Position numbers and translations under genes: made by a program. This document shows positions 36,644 through 47,545 of a stretch of DNA of 64,000 nt, one piece after another. The DNA is taken from assembly GCA_964493665.1 (NCBI GenBank), contig CAZBOZ010000001.1, positions 24,591 to 88,590 on the forward strand, written 5' to 3'. Numbering within the stretch: the stretch's first letter is position 1; the number at the start of each line of letters is the position of its first letter. Below the pieces are notes generated by a model. It had not been told where the DNA came from, did no database searches, and was given only the letters and a program-made list of their open reading frames with translations. Source of the DNA: an uncultured Muribaculaceae bacterium (GTDB lineage: Bacteria > Bacillota_I > Bacilli_A > RF39 > UBA660).

Positions 36644-37753
36644 ATGGCGAAAAAAGTTGTTGTTGGACTTAGTGGAGGAGTAGATTCTGCTGTAGCTCTT
36701 TATCTACTTAAAAAAGAGGGTTATGATGTTATAGCTCTTTTTATGCGTAATTGGGATAGTAGTATCAATAATGATACTTTAGGTAATCCTAATATAAGTA
36801 ATAATATTTGCCCTCAAGAAGAAGATTATAATGATGCTAAAGAAGTGGCAGATAAGTTAAATGTTCCTTTGTATAGAGTAGATTTTATTAAAGAATATTG
36901 GGATTATGTATTTAGTTATTTTTTAGAAGAATTAAAGCTAGGTAGAACGCCTAATCCTGATTTAATGTGTAATAAATATATAAAGTTTGATTTGTTTATC
37001 AAAGAAGCTTTAAAATATGGGGCAGAGTATATAGCTACAGGACATTATGCTAGAACTAAAAATAACCACCTTTATAGAGGAATTGATTCAAATAAAGATC
37101 AATCATACTTTTTAGCTCAATTGTCTTCTAAACAGCTTTCAAATGTCTTATTTCCAGTAGGTGAGTTAAAAAAAGAAGAAGTAAGAAAGATAGCTGAAGA
37201 GATAGGGCTTAATGTAGCAACTAAAAAAGATTCTACTGGTATTTGTTTTATTGGTGAAAGACATTATCAAGATTTTTTAAAAAATTATTTAAAACCAAAT
37301 CCTGGAAAAGTTATTGATATAGAAACTAATGATGTAGTAGGGGAACATACTGGTTTAATGAATTATACTATTGGTCAAAGAAAAAATGTCGGATTAAGTG
37401 GCAACAAAGAAAAGCATTTTGTAGTAGGAAAAGATATTAAAAACAATATTTTATATGTAGCTTTTAAAGAAGACAATGAATATCTATATTCTGATGCTTG
37501 TTTAATTGATAATGTTAATTTTATTAGTGATTTAAGACCTGAAAATTGCACAGCTAAATTTAGATATCGTGGCGAAGATCATCAAGTTATTTTAGAATAT
37601 TTAGATAACAATGAAATATTAGTTAAATATCCTTCTAAAGCAAAAGCTGTTACTCCTGGCCAAGCTTGTGTTTTATATTTAGAAGAAGAATGTTTAGGTA
37701 GCGGGATAATTAAAGAAATATATAAAAATAATGCAAAATTATGGTACTTATAA
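36644..37753 (+). CDS. mnmA: tRNA-specific 2-thiouridylase MnmA
   Basis: PP-loop VVVGLSGGVDSAV and catalytic cysteines. 369 aa. Confidence 0.9.
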   Translation: MAKKVVVGLSGGVDSAVALYLLKKEGYDVIALFMRNWDSSINNDTLGNPNISNNICPQEEDYNDAKEVADKLNVPLYRVDFIKEYWDYVFSYFLEELKLGRTPNPDLMCNKYIKFDLFIKEALKYGAEYIATGHYARTKNNHLYRGIDSNKDQSYFLAQLSSKQLSNVLFPVGELKKEEVRKIAEEIGLNVATKKDSTGICFIGERHYQDFLKNYLKPNPGKVIDIETNDVVGEHTGLMNYTIGQRKNVGLSGNKEKHFVVGKDIKNNILYVAFKEDNEYLYSDACLIDNVNFISDLRPENCTAKFRYRGEDHQVILEYLDNNEILVKYPSKAKAVTPGQACVLYLEEECLGSGIIKEIYKNNAKLWYL

Positions 37754-37829
37754 GTACCATTTTTTATTGACAAGAAACTGTTAAGTAATATATAATTAGT
37801 ATGTAAAATAGAAAGTAGGGAAGTTAGTA

Positions 37830-38606
37830 ATGGATAGATTAGGCGAGTTATTACAAGAATTAGGAATATCCAAAGTTAGATTAGCTAAATATTTAGGCGT
37901 ATCTAGACAAATGGTTTATAATTATTTAGAAATGGATAGTATAAATAAATGGCCAAAAGAAAAGAAAATTTTATTTTTTAAGTTATTAAATATTGAAGAT
38001 GGTGATGACACCACTATTAAAGCAATAAAAGTAAATGCTGATTATTTAATGGAAGTAGAAAGTAGATTAAATCAAGGAGTAAAAGATCTATCTGATTTAG
38101 ATAACTATTTTGATTTTAATGGCCTTAAAAAAGAAGAACAAGAATTAATAGCTGATATTACATATTTATTAAAAGAAAAATTATTAGATGAGAAAAAAGG
38201 AGCTGAAAATTTTCAAGCCTTAACATATTTATATCATTTGTTGCAAGCGTATGAAAATGTTCCAGAAATTAAGTATATTTTTGGTTATATGTCAAAAGCT
38301 ACAGGATTTACTAATCCCAATACTTTTGCTTTTAATGAAGATAAACAATTTATATTTGAAGGAATATTATATTCAGCCTTAACCCTATACAATAGTGGGG
38401 GAACAAGCAAGAGTAAGTTAATTGATTCACATAAAAGATTTGTTCAAGAGATAGAACAAAGGAATGAAGAAAAACTAACCCGTACTCAACAATTAAGCAC
38501 TTTAAGAATTCAAGCTTTAAAAGAGCTTAATTATACTAAAATAGACGAATCTAATGCTGCCGAGATATTTGAAAAGATGGCAGAGATAGAGTCTAGGAAA
38601 GTATAA
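37830..38606 (+). CDS. XRE-type helix-turn-helix domain protein with a long C-terminal domain
   Basis: N-terminal ISKVRLAKYLGVSRQMVYNYL HTH. The C-terminal 200 aa are uncharacterised. Confidence 0.55.
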   Translation: MDRLGELLQELGISKVRLAKYLGVSRQMVYNYLEMDSINKWPKEKKILFFKLLNIEDGDDTTIKAIKVNADYLMEVESRLNQGVKDLSDLDNYFDFNGLKKEEQELIADITYLLKEKLLDEKKGAENFQALTYLYHLLQAYENVPEIKYIFGYMSKATGFTNPNTFAFNEDKQFIFEGILYSALTLYNSGGTSKSKLIDSHKRFVQEIEQRNEEKLTRTQQLSTLRIQALKELNYTKIDESNAAEIFEKMAEIESRKV

Positions 38607-38670
38607 TAAATAACAGCATATAATATATATTATGTTAACCAAAGTTAATTTAATGTAATAAAATATAAAG

Positions 38671-38710
38671 AAAAAAGAACTAAATAAATATAATAATTAT
38701 TAGTTCTTTT
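38671..38710. terminator. inverted repeat / bidirectional terminator candidate between convergent genes
   Basis: aaaagaactaa ... ttagttctttt 11-bp arms around a 16-nt AT loop. Confidence 0.35.
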
Positions 38711-38761
38711 TATATAACTTATTATAAAAATATAATGAAAATATTATTAAATAAAAATAAA

Positions 38762-39664
38762 TTAATTATCTAAATGACTATGTGGATGATATTCTTCATA
38801 GTCTTTTTTTAACTGTTCATTTACTAAATGAGCATATATTTGAGTAGTAGTTATATCACTATGACCAAGTAACTCTTGAATTATACGCAAATCTGCCCCA
38901 TTTTGAAGTAGGTGGGTAGCGAAAGTGTGTCTAATAATATGTGGCGATATATCTTTCTTAATACCTTTTTTAAGACATTCTAATTTAATAAATTTAAATA
39001 TTGATTGGCGACTTAAAGATTTTCCATAACGATTTATAAAAATAAATTCCGTATTTTTGTCTTTTAAAATAATTGGTCTATATTTATATATATATTCTTC
39101 TAAATGTTTTTTAGCTTCATCAGTAATAGGTATAATTCTTTCTTTGCTCCCCTTCCCCATAACTCTAACTAGGTCTTCTTTAAAATCAATATTATTTATT
39201 TTAAGGTTAACTAATTCACTAATTCTAATACCTGTAGCATATAAAAGCTCTAAAATAGCTTTATTACGATAATCATAAGGATTTTTACATTCAATATCTA
39301 ATAATTTAGTTATTTCTTCAATAGTTAAATAAACTGGTAATAATTTATCTTTTTTGGGCATTTTAAGACTTATACAAGGACTTTTTGCTAGTAATCCATC
39401 GCTTACTAGAAAATTATAAAAACTCTTTAATACAGTTATTTTATGAGTAATAGATGTTACTTTAATATTTTTAGTTTCTTTTTGGATATAATTTTTAATA
39501 TTATCAGTAGTAATATCTAATATATTTTGGTTTTTAAAATACATTTGAAATAACTTTAATTCATACATATAACTATCTATAGTATTATTTGAATACTTAC
39601 ATTCATATTTCAAATAATCTAAATATTTTAATATTAAAGGATCATAATTAAATGTTTTCTTCAT
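38762..39664 (-). CDS. tyrosine recombinase, XerC/XerD family
   Basis: C-terminal catalytic box HIIRHTFATHLL...LGHSDITTTQIYAHL with R..H..R..Y. 300 aa with an N-terminal SAM-like core-binding domain. Confidence 0.8.
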   Translation of the reverse strand: MKKTFNYDPLILKYLDYLKYECKYSNNTIDSYMYELKLFQMYFKNQNILDITTDNIKNYIQKETKNIKVTSITHKITVLKSFYNFLVSDGLLAKSPCISLKMPKKDKLLPVYLTIEEITKLLDIECKNPYDYRNKAILELLYATGIRISELVNLKINNIDFKEDLVRVMGKGSKERIIPITDEAKKHLEEYIYKYRPIILKDKNTEFIFINRYGKSLSRQSIFKFIKLECLKKGIKKDISPHIIRHTFATHLLQNGADLRIIQELLGHSDITTTQIYAHLVNEQLKKDYEEYHPHSHLDN

Positions 39665-39773
39665 ATTTATCTACTCCATTTATATTATACCATTTTATTT
39701 ATAAAAAATAAACGAACATTTATTTGCCATCTTGTTTTTATATGTTATAATAATTATGGATGTGATAATAATT

Positions 39774-40970
39774 ATGGAATTACTAGCTAATATATTAAAA
39801 CCAACTAAATTAAAAGATGTTATAGGCCAAGAACATTTAATAGGTCCTAATAAAATACTTAGTACTTTAATTAAAGAAAATAAGATGTTTTCCATTATTT
39901 TATATGGTAAACCTGGCATAGGTAAAACTAGTATAGCAAATGCTATAGTAAATGAATTAAATAAACCATATCGATTTTTAAATGCTGTAATTAATAATAA
40001 ACAAGATTTTGATATTGTCATAGAAGAAGCTAAAATGGAAGGTGAAATGTTACTTGTTATAGATGAATTACATCGTATGAATAAAGATAAACAAGATTTA
40101 CTCCTACCCTATATTGAAAATGGTTTAATTATTTTAATTGGATTAACTACTGCTAATCCATATCATAAAATAAATCCTGCAATTAGAAGTAGATGTCAAA
40201 TATTTGAATTACATGAATTAACTACTCTTGATATTAAAAAAGGTCTTAAAAAGGCTTTAAAAAGCCTTAAAGAAGTTAAAATAGATGAAGATTCACTCAA
40301 CTTTATTACCATTAGTTCTTCAGGAGACTTTAGAAGTGCTTTAAACTTACTTGAAATGGCTTATTATGCTAGTAAAGATCATAACATTAATATTACTTTA
40401 TTAGAAAGTATTCATGCTAAAAAAGTGTTTTATCATGATAAAGATCAAGATGGTCATTATGATGTCTTAAGTGCTTTTCAAAAATCAATTAGAGGTAGTG
40501 ATGTTGATGCTTCTCTACACTATTTAGCAAGACTTATTGAAGCCGAAGATTTAGACAGTATTTATAGAAGAATGACAGCATGTGCCTATGAAGACATAGG
40601 CCTTGCAAATCCTGGTATGGGGCCTAAAGTAATGGCTGCTATAGAGGCATCTGAATTATTAGGGCTTCCTGAAGCTAGGCTTCCTTTAGCAGTAGTAGTT
40701 ACTGAACTTGCTTTATCTCCTAAAAGTAATAGTGCTTATTTAGGTATAGATAAAGCTCAAAGTGATATTAGAAAAGGTAGTACAGGAAATGTTCCAGATC
40801 ATTTAAAAAATCCTAGTTCTACCTATAAATATCCTCATGATTATCCAAAATATTATATCAAACAACAATACTTACCAGATTTAATTAAAGACCATAAATA
40901 TTATCAAGCTAAGAATAATAAATATGAAGAAAACCTAGTAAAAATAAATAATGAAATGAAAAAAGACTAA
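39774..40970 (+). CDS. rarA: replication-associated recombination protein A (RarA/MgsA AAA+ ATPase)
   Basis: Start moved to the internal ATG MELLANILKPTKLKDVIGQEHL. Walker A GKPGIGKTS, Walker B LLVIDELHR, and the MgsA C-terminal helical domain. Confidence 0.85.
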   Translation: MELLANILKPTKLKDVIGQEHLIGPNKILSTLIKENKMFSIILYGKPGIGKTSIANAIVNELNKPYRFLNAVINNKQDFDIVIEEAKMEGEMLLVIDELHRMNKDKQDLLLPYIENGLIILIGLTTANPYHKINPAIRSRCQIFELHELTTLDIKKGLKKALKSLKEVKIDEDSLNFITISSSGDFRSALNLLEMAYYASKDHNINITLLESIHAKKVFYHDKDQDGHYDVLSAFQKSIRGSDVDASLHYLARLIEAEDLDSIYRRMTACAYEDIGLANPGMGPKVMAAIEASELLGLPEARLPLAVVVTELALSPKSNSAYLGIDKAQSDIRKGSTGNVPDHLKNPSSTYKYPHDYPKYYIKQQYLPDLIKDHKYYQAKNNKYEENLVKINNEMKKD

Positions 40971-40997
40971 TTAATTATTAGTCTTTATTTTTTTTAA
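40961..40997 (+). terminator. rho-independent terminator
   Basis: agactaat taatt attagtct hairpin overlapping the rarA stop, followed by a run of about 10 T. Confidence 0.6.
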
Positions 40998-40999
40998 TA

Positions 41000-41200
41000 A
41001 AAAGTACCCAAAGGAGAGTATGTAGTGATAAAAACCCGTTCGCAAACAGGTGGGCATCACATTAACATCTTTAGGATTCTAACACACTTAATGGGCTAGC
41101 ATTCAACACGGATATTAAATTAGATTCCCAATAAAATCACTTAGTCGGTTTTATATAAACACACCCTACCCTCAGGCATTTTAATTATACCATTTTTTAG
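41000..41200 (-). ncRNA. candidate structured small RNA (possibly 6S/SsrS-like), minus strand
   Basis: An intergenic island of about 200 nt that is clearly GC-richer than any other non-coding stretch in the window. On the minus strand, about 10-15 nt downstream of the aspS stop, there is an extended -10 TGGTATAAT. I know of no ORF there and saw no tRNA-like motifs. Confidence 0.3.
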
Positions 41201-41218
41201 GTTATAAAAAAAGATAAT

Positions 41219-42967
41219 TTACTTATTATCTTTTAATTTTATACCCAGTTCATCTAATTGTTTTAAATCTACTATATTAGGACATTCGTTCATCAAATCA
41301 GTAGCACTAGCTGTCTTTGGAAATGCAATAACATCTCGTATATTATCTGTTCCAGATAATAACATTACTAATCTGTCAAGGCCAAGAGCAATACCACCAT
41401 GAGGAGGAGTTCCATATTTAAACGCACTCATTAAGAAACCAAATTTTTGTTCTGCTTCCTCTTTTGTAAATCCTAAAGCTTCAAACATTTTACTTTGAGT
41501 TACAGCATCATGAATACGAATACTACCGCCACCAGCCTCATAACCATTTATAACTATGTCATAAGCTTTAGAATAACAGTTGCCTTTATCAGTAAGTAGT
41601 TTATCTATGTCTTCGTCTTTAGGAGCTGTAAATGGATGATGTGTAGCATAATATCTTTGATCTTCTTCACTATATTCAAAAGCCGGAAAATCTATAACCC
41701 ATAATAATTTATAACTAGATTCATCAATTAAATTTAAATTTTTACCTAGTTTCAGTCTTAAAGCTCCTAGGGCTGTTTTAACAGTTTTTTTAGCTCCACA
41801 TGTTATAAAGACAATATCATTATCATTAATATTTAAATTGTTTTTTAAAGTACCTAATTCATCTTTAGACATTGATTTAGCAATGTTACCAGTAATTTCT
41901 TCATTAAACTTAATATAAAATAAATTATTAGCACGATAAGTTTTAATTACTTCTTCTAATTTTTCGATATCTTTACGAGAAAATTTATCAGCACAGTTTT
42001 TACCAACTACGGCATTAATAATTCCGTTATTTTTTAAGGTATCTTTAAATATTGAAAAATCACTATTTTCAAATATTTCAGTAACATCATTTATTTTCAT
42101 GTCAAATCTTAAGTCTGGTTTATCAGATCCATATAAATTAATAGCATCATCATATTTCATTTTCATTAAAGGCAGATTAATATCAATATTTTTAGTTTTT
42201 TTAAATACATAAGCCACCATTTTCTCAGTAATATCCATAATATCATTTTCTTCAATAAAACTCATTTCGACATCTATTTGAGTAAATTCCGGTTGACGAT
42301 CAGCTCTTAAATCCTCATCTCTAAAGCATTTTGCTATTTGAAAATATCTTTCCATACCTGCAACCATTAACAATTGCTTAAATATTTGCGGAGATTGTGG
42401 TAAAGCATAAAAATTACCTTTGCTTACTCTACTTGGTACTAAATAGTCTCTTGCTCCTTCTGGAGTACTTCTGCCTAATATTGGAGTTTCTATTTCAATA
42501 AAATTCTCTTTATCAAAATATTCTCTTACTGCCATAGTTATTTTATGTCTTAATATTAATTTCTCTTTAATTATATTCCTTCTAATATCTAAATAGCGAT
42601 ATTTAAGTCTTAATTCTTCTGCTACATTAGAATCATTTGTTATTTCAAATGGCAATTCAGAAGCACTATTAATTAAGCTTAGCTCTTTTACATCAACTTC
42701 AATATCCCCAGTAGGCAAATTAGAATTTTTATTGCTTCTTTCCTTTATTTCCCCTACTACTTTTATAACATATTCATTTTTTAAAGTTAAAGCTAAATCA
42801 TAATTTTTATTACCTGGATTAATTATTAATTGGATTAAGCCACTTCGGTCTCTTAAATCTATAAATATTACGCCACCTAAATTTCTTTTTTTAGATACCC
42901 AACCATATAATTCTACTGTTTCACCAACATTTTTAATATTGTAGCTATTATTATTGTTTTTTTTCAT
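41219..42967 (-). CDS. aspS: aspartate--tRNA ligase
   Basis: OB-fold anticodon-binding N-terminus, class II motifs (FRDEDLRADRQPEFTQID, GGGSIRIH) and a GAD insertion domain. 582 aa. Confidence 0.9.
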   Translation of the reverse strand: MKKNNNNSYNIKNVGETVELYGWVSKKRNLGGVIFIDLRDRSGLIQLIINPGNKNYDLALTLKNEYVIKVVGEIKERSNKNSNLPTGDIEVDVKELSLINSASELPFEITNDSNVAEELRLKYRYLDIRRNIIKEKLILRHKITMAVREYFDKENFIEIETPILGRSTPEGARDYLVPSRVSKGNFYALPQSPQIFKQLLMVAGMERYFQIAKCFRDEDLRADRQPEFTQIDVEMSFIEENDIMDITEKMVAYVFKKTKNIDINLPLMKMKYDDAINLYGSDKPDLRFDMKINDVTEIFENSDFSIFKDTLKNNGIINAVVGKNCADKFSRKDIEKLEEVIKTYRANNLFYIKFNEEITGNIAKSMSKDELGTLKNNLNINDNDIVFITCGAKKTVKTALGALRLKLGKNLNLIDESSYKLLWVIDFPAFEYSEEDQRYYATHHPFTAPKDEDIDKLLTDKGNCYSKAYDIVINGYEAGGGSIRIHDAVTQSKMFEALGFTKEEAEQKFGFLMSAFKYGTPPHGGIALGLDRLVMLLSGTDNIRDVIAFPKTASATDLMNECPNIVDLKQLDELGIKLKDNK

Positions 42968-43156
42968 ATCTTCCTCCTAATAAAAAATACTTATTTATAA
43001 TAAGGACGGATATTTCCGCGGTGCCACCTTAATTTACATAAGTACTCTCAATTTAATTTATCGCATTTATTACGTTCTGTCTTATATAAAAGCGTCACCT
43101 TTTAAAACAGAAATTACTATTTAATTTTAACTTCTTTATTTAAAATAGTCAATAGA
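42968..43156 (-). promoter_or_regulatory. T-box riboswitch leader upstream of aspS
   Basis: The minus strand contains AAGGTGGCACCGCGG, the conserved T-box motif. It is followed by a hairpin with a U-run and then the AGGAGG RBS of aspS. AGAG-containing Stem I-like sequence lies upstream. Confidence 0.55.
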
Positions 43157-43591
43157 TTAATTTTCTAGTGTAATTGTAACTGGCCCATCATTAATGATAT
43201 TTACTTCCATATTTGAATGAAATATACCAGTTTCTACATTTATATATTTTTTAAGTTCATTATTAAATTTATCATATAAAGCACTAGCTTCTTCTTTATT
43301 TAAAGCATCTACATATGAAGGACGATTTCCTTTAGTGGTATTAGCATATAAAGTAAATTGAGATATAGAAAGAATTTCGCCATTTATATCTAAAACACTT
43401 TTATTCATTACACCAGCTTCATCATCAAATATTCTTAAATTGATTATTTTATTTACCATATTTGTAATATTAGTTTCATTATCACTATGAGTAAAGCCTA
43501 CTAATAATACTAACCCTTTTTTTATGTTTCCGACTATTTTATTATCTACTCTAACAAAACTATTTTTACTTCTTTGGACTATTACTTTCAA
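43157..43591 (-). CDS. dtd: D-aminoacyl-tRNA deacylase
   Basis: 144 aa with the SQFTL motif and C-terminal NDGPVT. It overlaps the relA stop by 4 nt, the usual relA-dtd arrangement. Confidence 0.85.
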   Translation of the reverse strand: MKVIVQRSKNSFVRVDNKIVGNIKKGLVLLVGFTHSDNETNITNMVNKIINLRIFDDEAGVMNKSVLDINGEILSISQFTLYANTTKGNRPSYVDALNKEEASALYDKFNNELKKYINVETGIFHSNMEVNIINDGPVTITLEN

Positions 43592-45741
43592 TTACTTCGC
43601 CTACTTACTTTTTTAATATATTTTAATTTGATTAAATCATTTATATAAGCATCTAAATCTTTTAGACATTTTATTTTAACATTTAAAATATAATCAATAC
43701 CATATTCTTGTTCTTTTTTATTTATTGACTCAATGTGAATATCTTTTTGACCACTTTTACTTAAAATGTCCATTAAATTATCACTTAAAGAATTGGTTTC
43801 TATTAATATGTCGGTATAATAATAATTGTTTGTTTCTTGATCATTCCAACATACGTCTACTACTCTTTCTTCATTTGAAGAAATGTTTGTACAATCTTTT
43901 CTATGGATACTTAACCCCCTACCTTTAGTAATATATCCTACTATTGGATCATCTTTTATAGGTTTGCAACAATTAGCAATATTTACTTTAATATTATCAA
44001 TACCACCAACAATAATATTACCACAGTAATTTTCAGGCTTTATATTTCTTAAAGATTGATTTATTAAAGGGTCTTTTAGATTTTTATTTTCATTATTTAT
44101 TTCAATTACAGTACCTGGAAGATATTTTACCATTCCAAGGCCTAAATATAGTTCTTCTAAGTCTTTTATTTTTAAATACTTAAATATTTTTTCCAAATTT
44201 TCTTCACTTAATACTTCGCTAATTACAAGTTTTCTTCTTTTAATTTCTTTTTCAAAAAGCTCTTTACCATTTTCAATGTATGATTGGCGATCTTGTTTAC
44301 TAAAATAAGCTTTTATACGATTTTTAGCTCCACTAGTTTTAACAATTTTTAACCAATTTTGACGAGGTTTAGCATCGTTAGCAGTTTTAACTTTTACAAT
44401 ATCCCCGTCATTTAGCTCGTAATTTAGAGGGACTATGTTATCATTAACAATTGCTCCAACCATTTTATCTCCAACATCGGAATGAATGCGATAAGCAAAA
44501 TCAATTGGGGTTGCTCCCTTAGGAAGTTCAACTACATCTCCTTTTGGAGTATAAACATATATTAAATCATTGATAAATTCTTTAGAAACATCCATAGCAA
44601 AATTAGGATCATCTAAAGATTCTTTATTTGCTTCAATAAGCCCTCTAAATAGTTCTAATTTTTGTTCCATTATCGTTTGAATCTTTTTTGAACCAGTTTC
44701 TTTATAAGTCCAATGAGAAGCTATGCCTTTTTCAGCTATTTCATCCATTTCCGCTGTCCTTAATTGAATTTCAAATAAATAGCCATCTACTCCAAAAACA
44801 GTTGTATGTAAACTTTGATACATGTTTTCTTTAGGAGCAGCAATATAATCTTTAAACCTTTTTGGTATAGGACGATATTTTGCATGGATTAAACCAATTG
44901 CTAAATAACAATCGCTTTCTTTTTCTAATATAACTCTTAATGCCAGAATATCATATATATCATTAAACTTTTTGCCTTTATTTAATTTTTCATATATACT
45001 ACTAATACTTTTTACACGACCTTTTATTTCAAATTTTAAACCATAATCTTTTAATATATTAGTTACACTATCTTTCATATCATTTAAAATAATATTTAAG
45101 TCTTCTTTAGAGTCATTTAATTTCTCGGAAATATCATTATATATATCCGGTTTTAGATATTTTAAACATAAATCTTCTAGTTCACTTTTAATTTTATTAA
45201 TACCTAATCTATGGGCGATAGGTATTAATACTTTTACTGTTTCATTAGCCTTTTGTTTTTGCTTTTCAGGAGTTAAGGCCCATATTGTTCTCATATTATG
45301 TAAACGATCAGCTAATTTAATAAATAAAACTCTAACATCTTCAGTTAAACCTACTAATATTTTCCTTAAATAAATGCTTGAAGATTCTGAATCATCAGTT
45401 AATTCCAATTTGTTTATTTTAGAAATAGAACTAACCATTTTAGCTATATCTTCGCCAAATTTTTCTTTTATTTCGTTTAAATTACCATTGCCATGATTAA
45501 TTACTTCATGCAAAAGAGCACCGATGATAGTTTTATAATCGACATTTAATCCCGCTAATATATAAGCTACGTTTAAAGGATGAAATATATAATTTTCACC
45601 ACTTTTTCTTTTTAAGCCTTCATGAGCTTCTTTTGCGTAAAAATAAGCATCATTTATCATGTTTAATTCATCTTTATTTTGAATATAGGCATCACATTTT
45701 TTTAATAAATCAGCTATTCTTAGTTCGTTTTCTTCTTTCAT
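43588..45741 (-). CDS. relA: bifunctional (p)ppGpp synthetase/hydrolase RelA/SpoT
   Basis: HD hydrolase domain (HPLNVAYIL...LLHEV), a synthetase domain, and TGS and ACT-like C-terminal domains. 717 aa. Confidence 0.9.
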   Translation of the reverse strand: MKEENELRIADLLKKCDAYIQNKDELNMINDAYFYAKEAHEGLKRKSGENYIFHPLNVAYILAGLNVDYKTIIGALLHEVINHGNGNLNEIKEKFGEDIAKMVSSISKINKLELTDDSESSSIYLRKILVGLTEDVRVLFIKLADRLHNMRTIWALTPEKQKQKANETVKVLIPIAHRLGINKIKSELEDLCLKYLKPDIYNDISEKLNDSKEDLNIILNDMKDSVTNILKDYGLKFEIKGRVKSISSIYEKLNKGKKFNDIYDILALRVILEKESDCYLAIGLIHAKYRPIPKRFKDYIAAPKENMYQSLHTTVFGVDGYLFEIQLRTAEMDEIAEKGIASHWTYKETGSKKIQTIMEQKLELFRGLIEANKESLDDPNFAMDVSKEFINDLIYVYTPKGDVVELPKGATPIDFAYRIHSDVGDKMVGAIVNDNIVPLNYELNDGDIVKVKTANDAKPRQNWLKIVKTSGAKNRIKAYFSKQDRQSYIENGKELFEKEIKRRKLVISEVLSEENLEKIFKYLKIKDLEELYLGLGMVKYLPGTVIEINNENKNLKDPLINQSLRNIKPENYCGNIIVGGIDNIKVNIANCCKPIKDDPIVGYITKGRGLSIHRKDCTNISSNEERVVDVCWNDQETNNYYYTDILIETNSLSDNLMDILSKSGQKDIHIESINKKEQEYGIDYILNVKIKCLKDLDAYINDLIKLKYIKKVSRRSN

Positions 45742-45749
45742 ATTATCAC

Positions 45750-46037
45750 CTATAGTAAGTTATTTTCATCAACGATTAAATCCCTTTTTATATTCTTAAA
45801 ACTTTTTTTAACATATTCTTCTATTACATATGGGTCTACTTCTAAAATGTCATTAACCATATCAATTAAAGTTAAATTGTTTTCTTTATTCCATTTATAA
45901 GTTTTTAAATAATTCCAAATATCTTCTTCTTTCACATAAAAAACTTCTAATCTTTTTATTTCTTTAACTCTAGTAGCCAAAGCTGGCTTAAGACGATTAT
46001 ATAACTCTTGTAATGATGTAAATTTTATATCATCCAT
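45750..46037 (-). CDS. ComN-like post-transcriptional regulator family protein (candidate)
   Basis: 95 aa. The EDIWNYLKTYKWNKENNLTLIDMVNDIL block resembles the YrzD/ComN W-x-YL...KW motif, and the position near tgt/relA fits Bacilli synteny. Confidence 0.45.
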   Translation of the reverse strand: MDDIKFTSLQELYNRLKPALATRVKEIKRLEVFYVKEEDIWNYLKTYKWNKENNLTLIDMVNDILEVDPYVIEEYVKKSFKNIKRDLIVDENNLL

Positions 46038-46054
46038 ATTAACACCTCTAATTT

Positions 46055-46363
46055 TTATTCAAATATATTAATTACTATATCGCCATTTTCTTTAGTAACA
46101 TATGAAGAAGCACTTATAGCTTTTTTAGTAATTGGATCTATAACTTCATCTAAATAGCCTATTTCATATAAATCACTTAAATAAACAATATCATTTAAGC
46201 ATCTATTTTCATTCCAACATTGAATGGCTTTAACTTTAATTTTATTTTTTATAGTTAAATCTACTCTACTTTCATATCTATCACTTACTTTATTATAAGT
46301 TGGTATGCCAATAATTAAAATAACAGCAATAATAGTTATAAATACAACTAATCTATTTGTCAT
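46055..46363 (-). CDS. hypothetical membrane-anchored protein
   Basis: 102-aa ORF with an N-terminal TM helix (LVVFITIIAVILIIGI) and two Cys in the soluble part. Confidence 0.4.
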   Translation of the reverse strand: MTNRLVVFITIIAVILIIGIPTYNKVSDRYESRVDLTIKNKIKVKAIQCWNENRCLNDIVYLSDLYEIGYLDEVIDPITKKAISASSYVTKENGDIVINIFE

Positions 46364-46366
46364 AAG

Positions 46367-47506
<1,140 letters not shown>

Positions 47507-47520
47507 TTATATATTAAAGC

Positions 47521-47545
47521 ATTAAAAAAAGCCATAAGGCTTTTA
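47521..47545 (-). terminator. rho-independent terminator after the RimK-like gene
   Basis: On the minus strand, a gtaaaagccttatggctttt hairpin then a U-run. A TATAAT for tgt follows. Confidence 0.5.

Noticed and set aside
37830-39664. An integrated mobile element or prophage remnant around the tyrosine recombinase
   Set aside because: I saw no flanking direct repeats, tRNA gene, or phage or transposon cargo. The recombinase has typical chromosomal Xer features and housekeeping neighbours (mnmA, rarA). It is kept only as a low-interest finding.
41000-41215. A tRNA or tmRNA in the GC-rich intergenic island
   Set aside because: No GTTCGAATC-type T-loop, no acceptor-stem complementarity with a CCA end, and no tag-peptide reading frame were found. 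The island is kept only as a generic sRNA/6S candidate.
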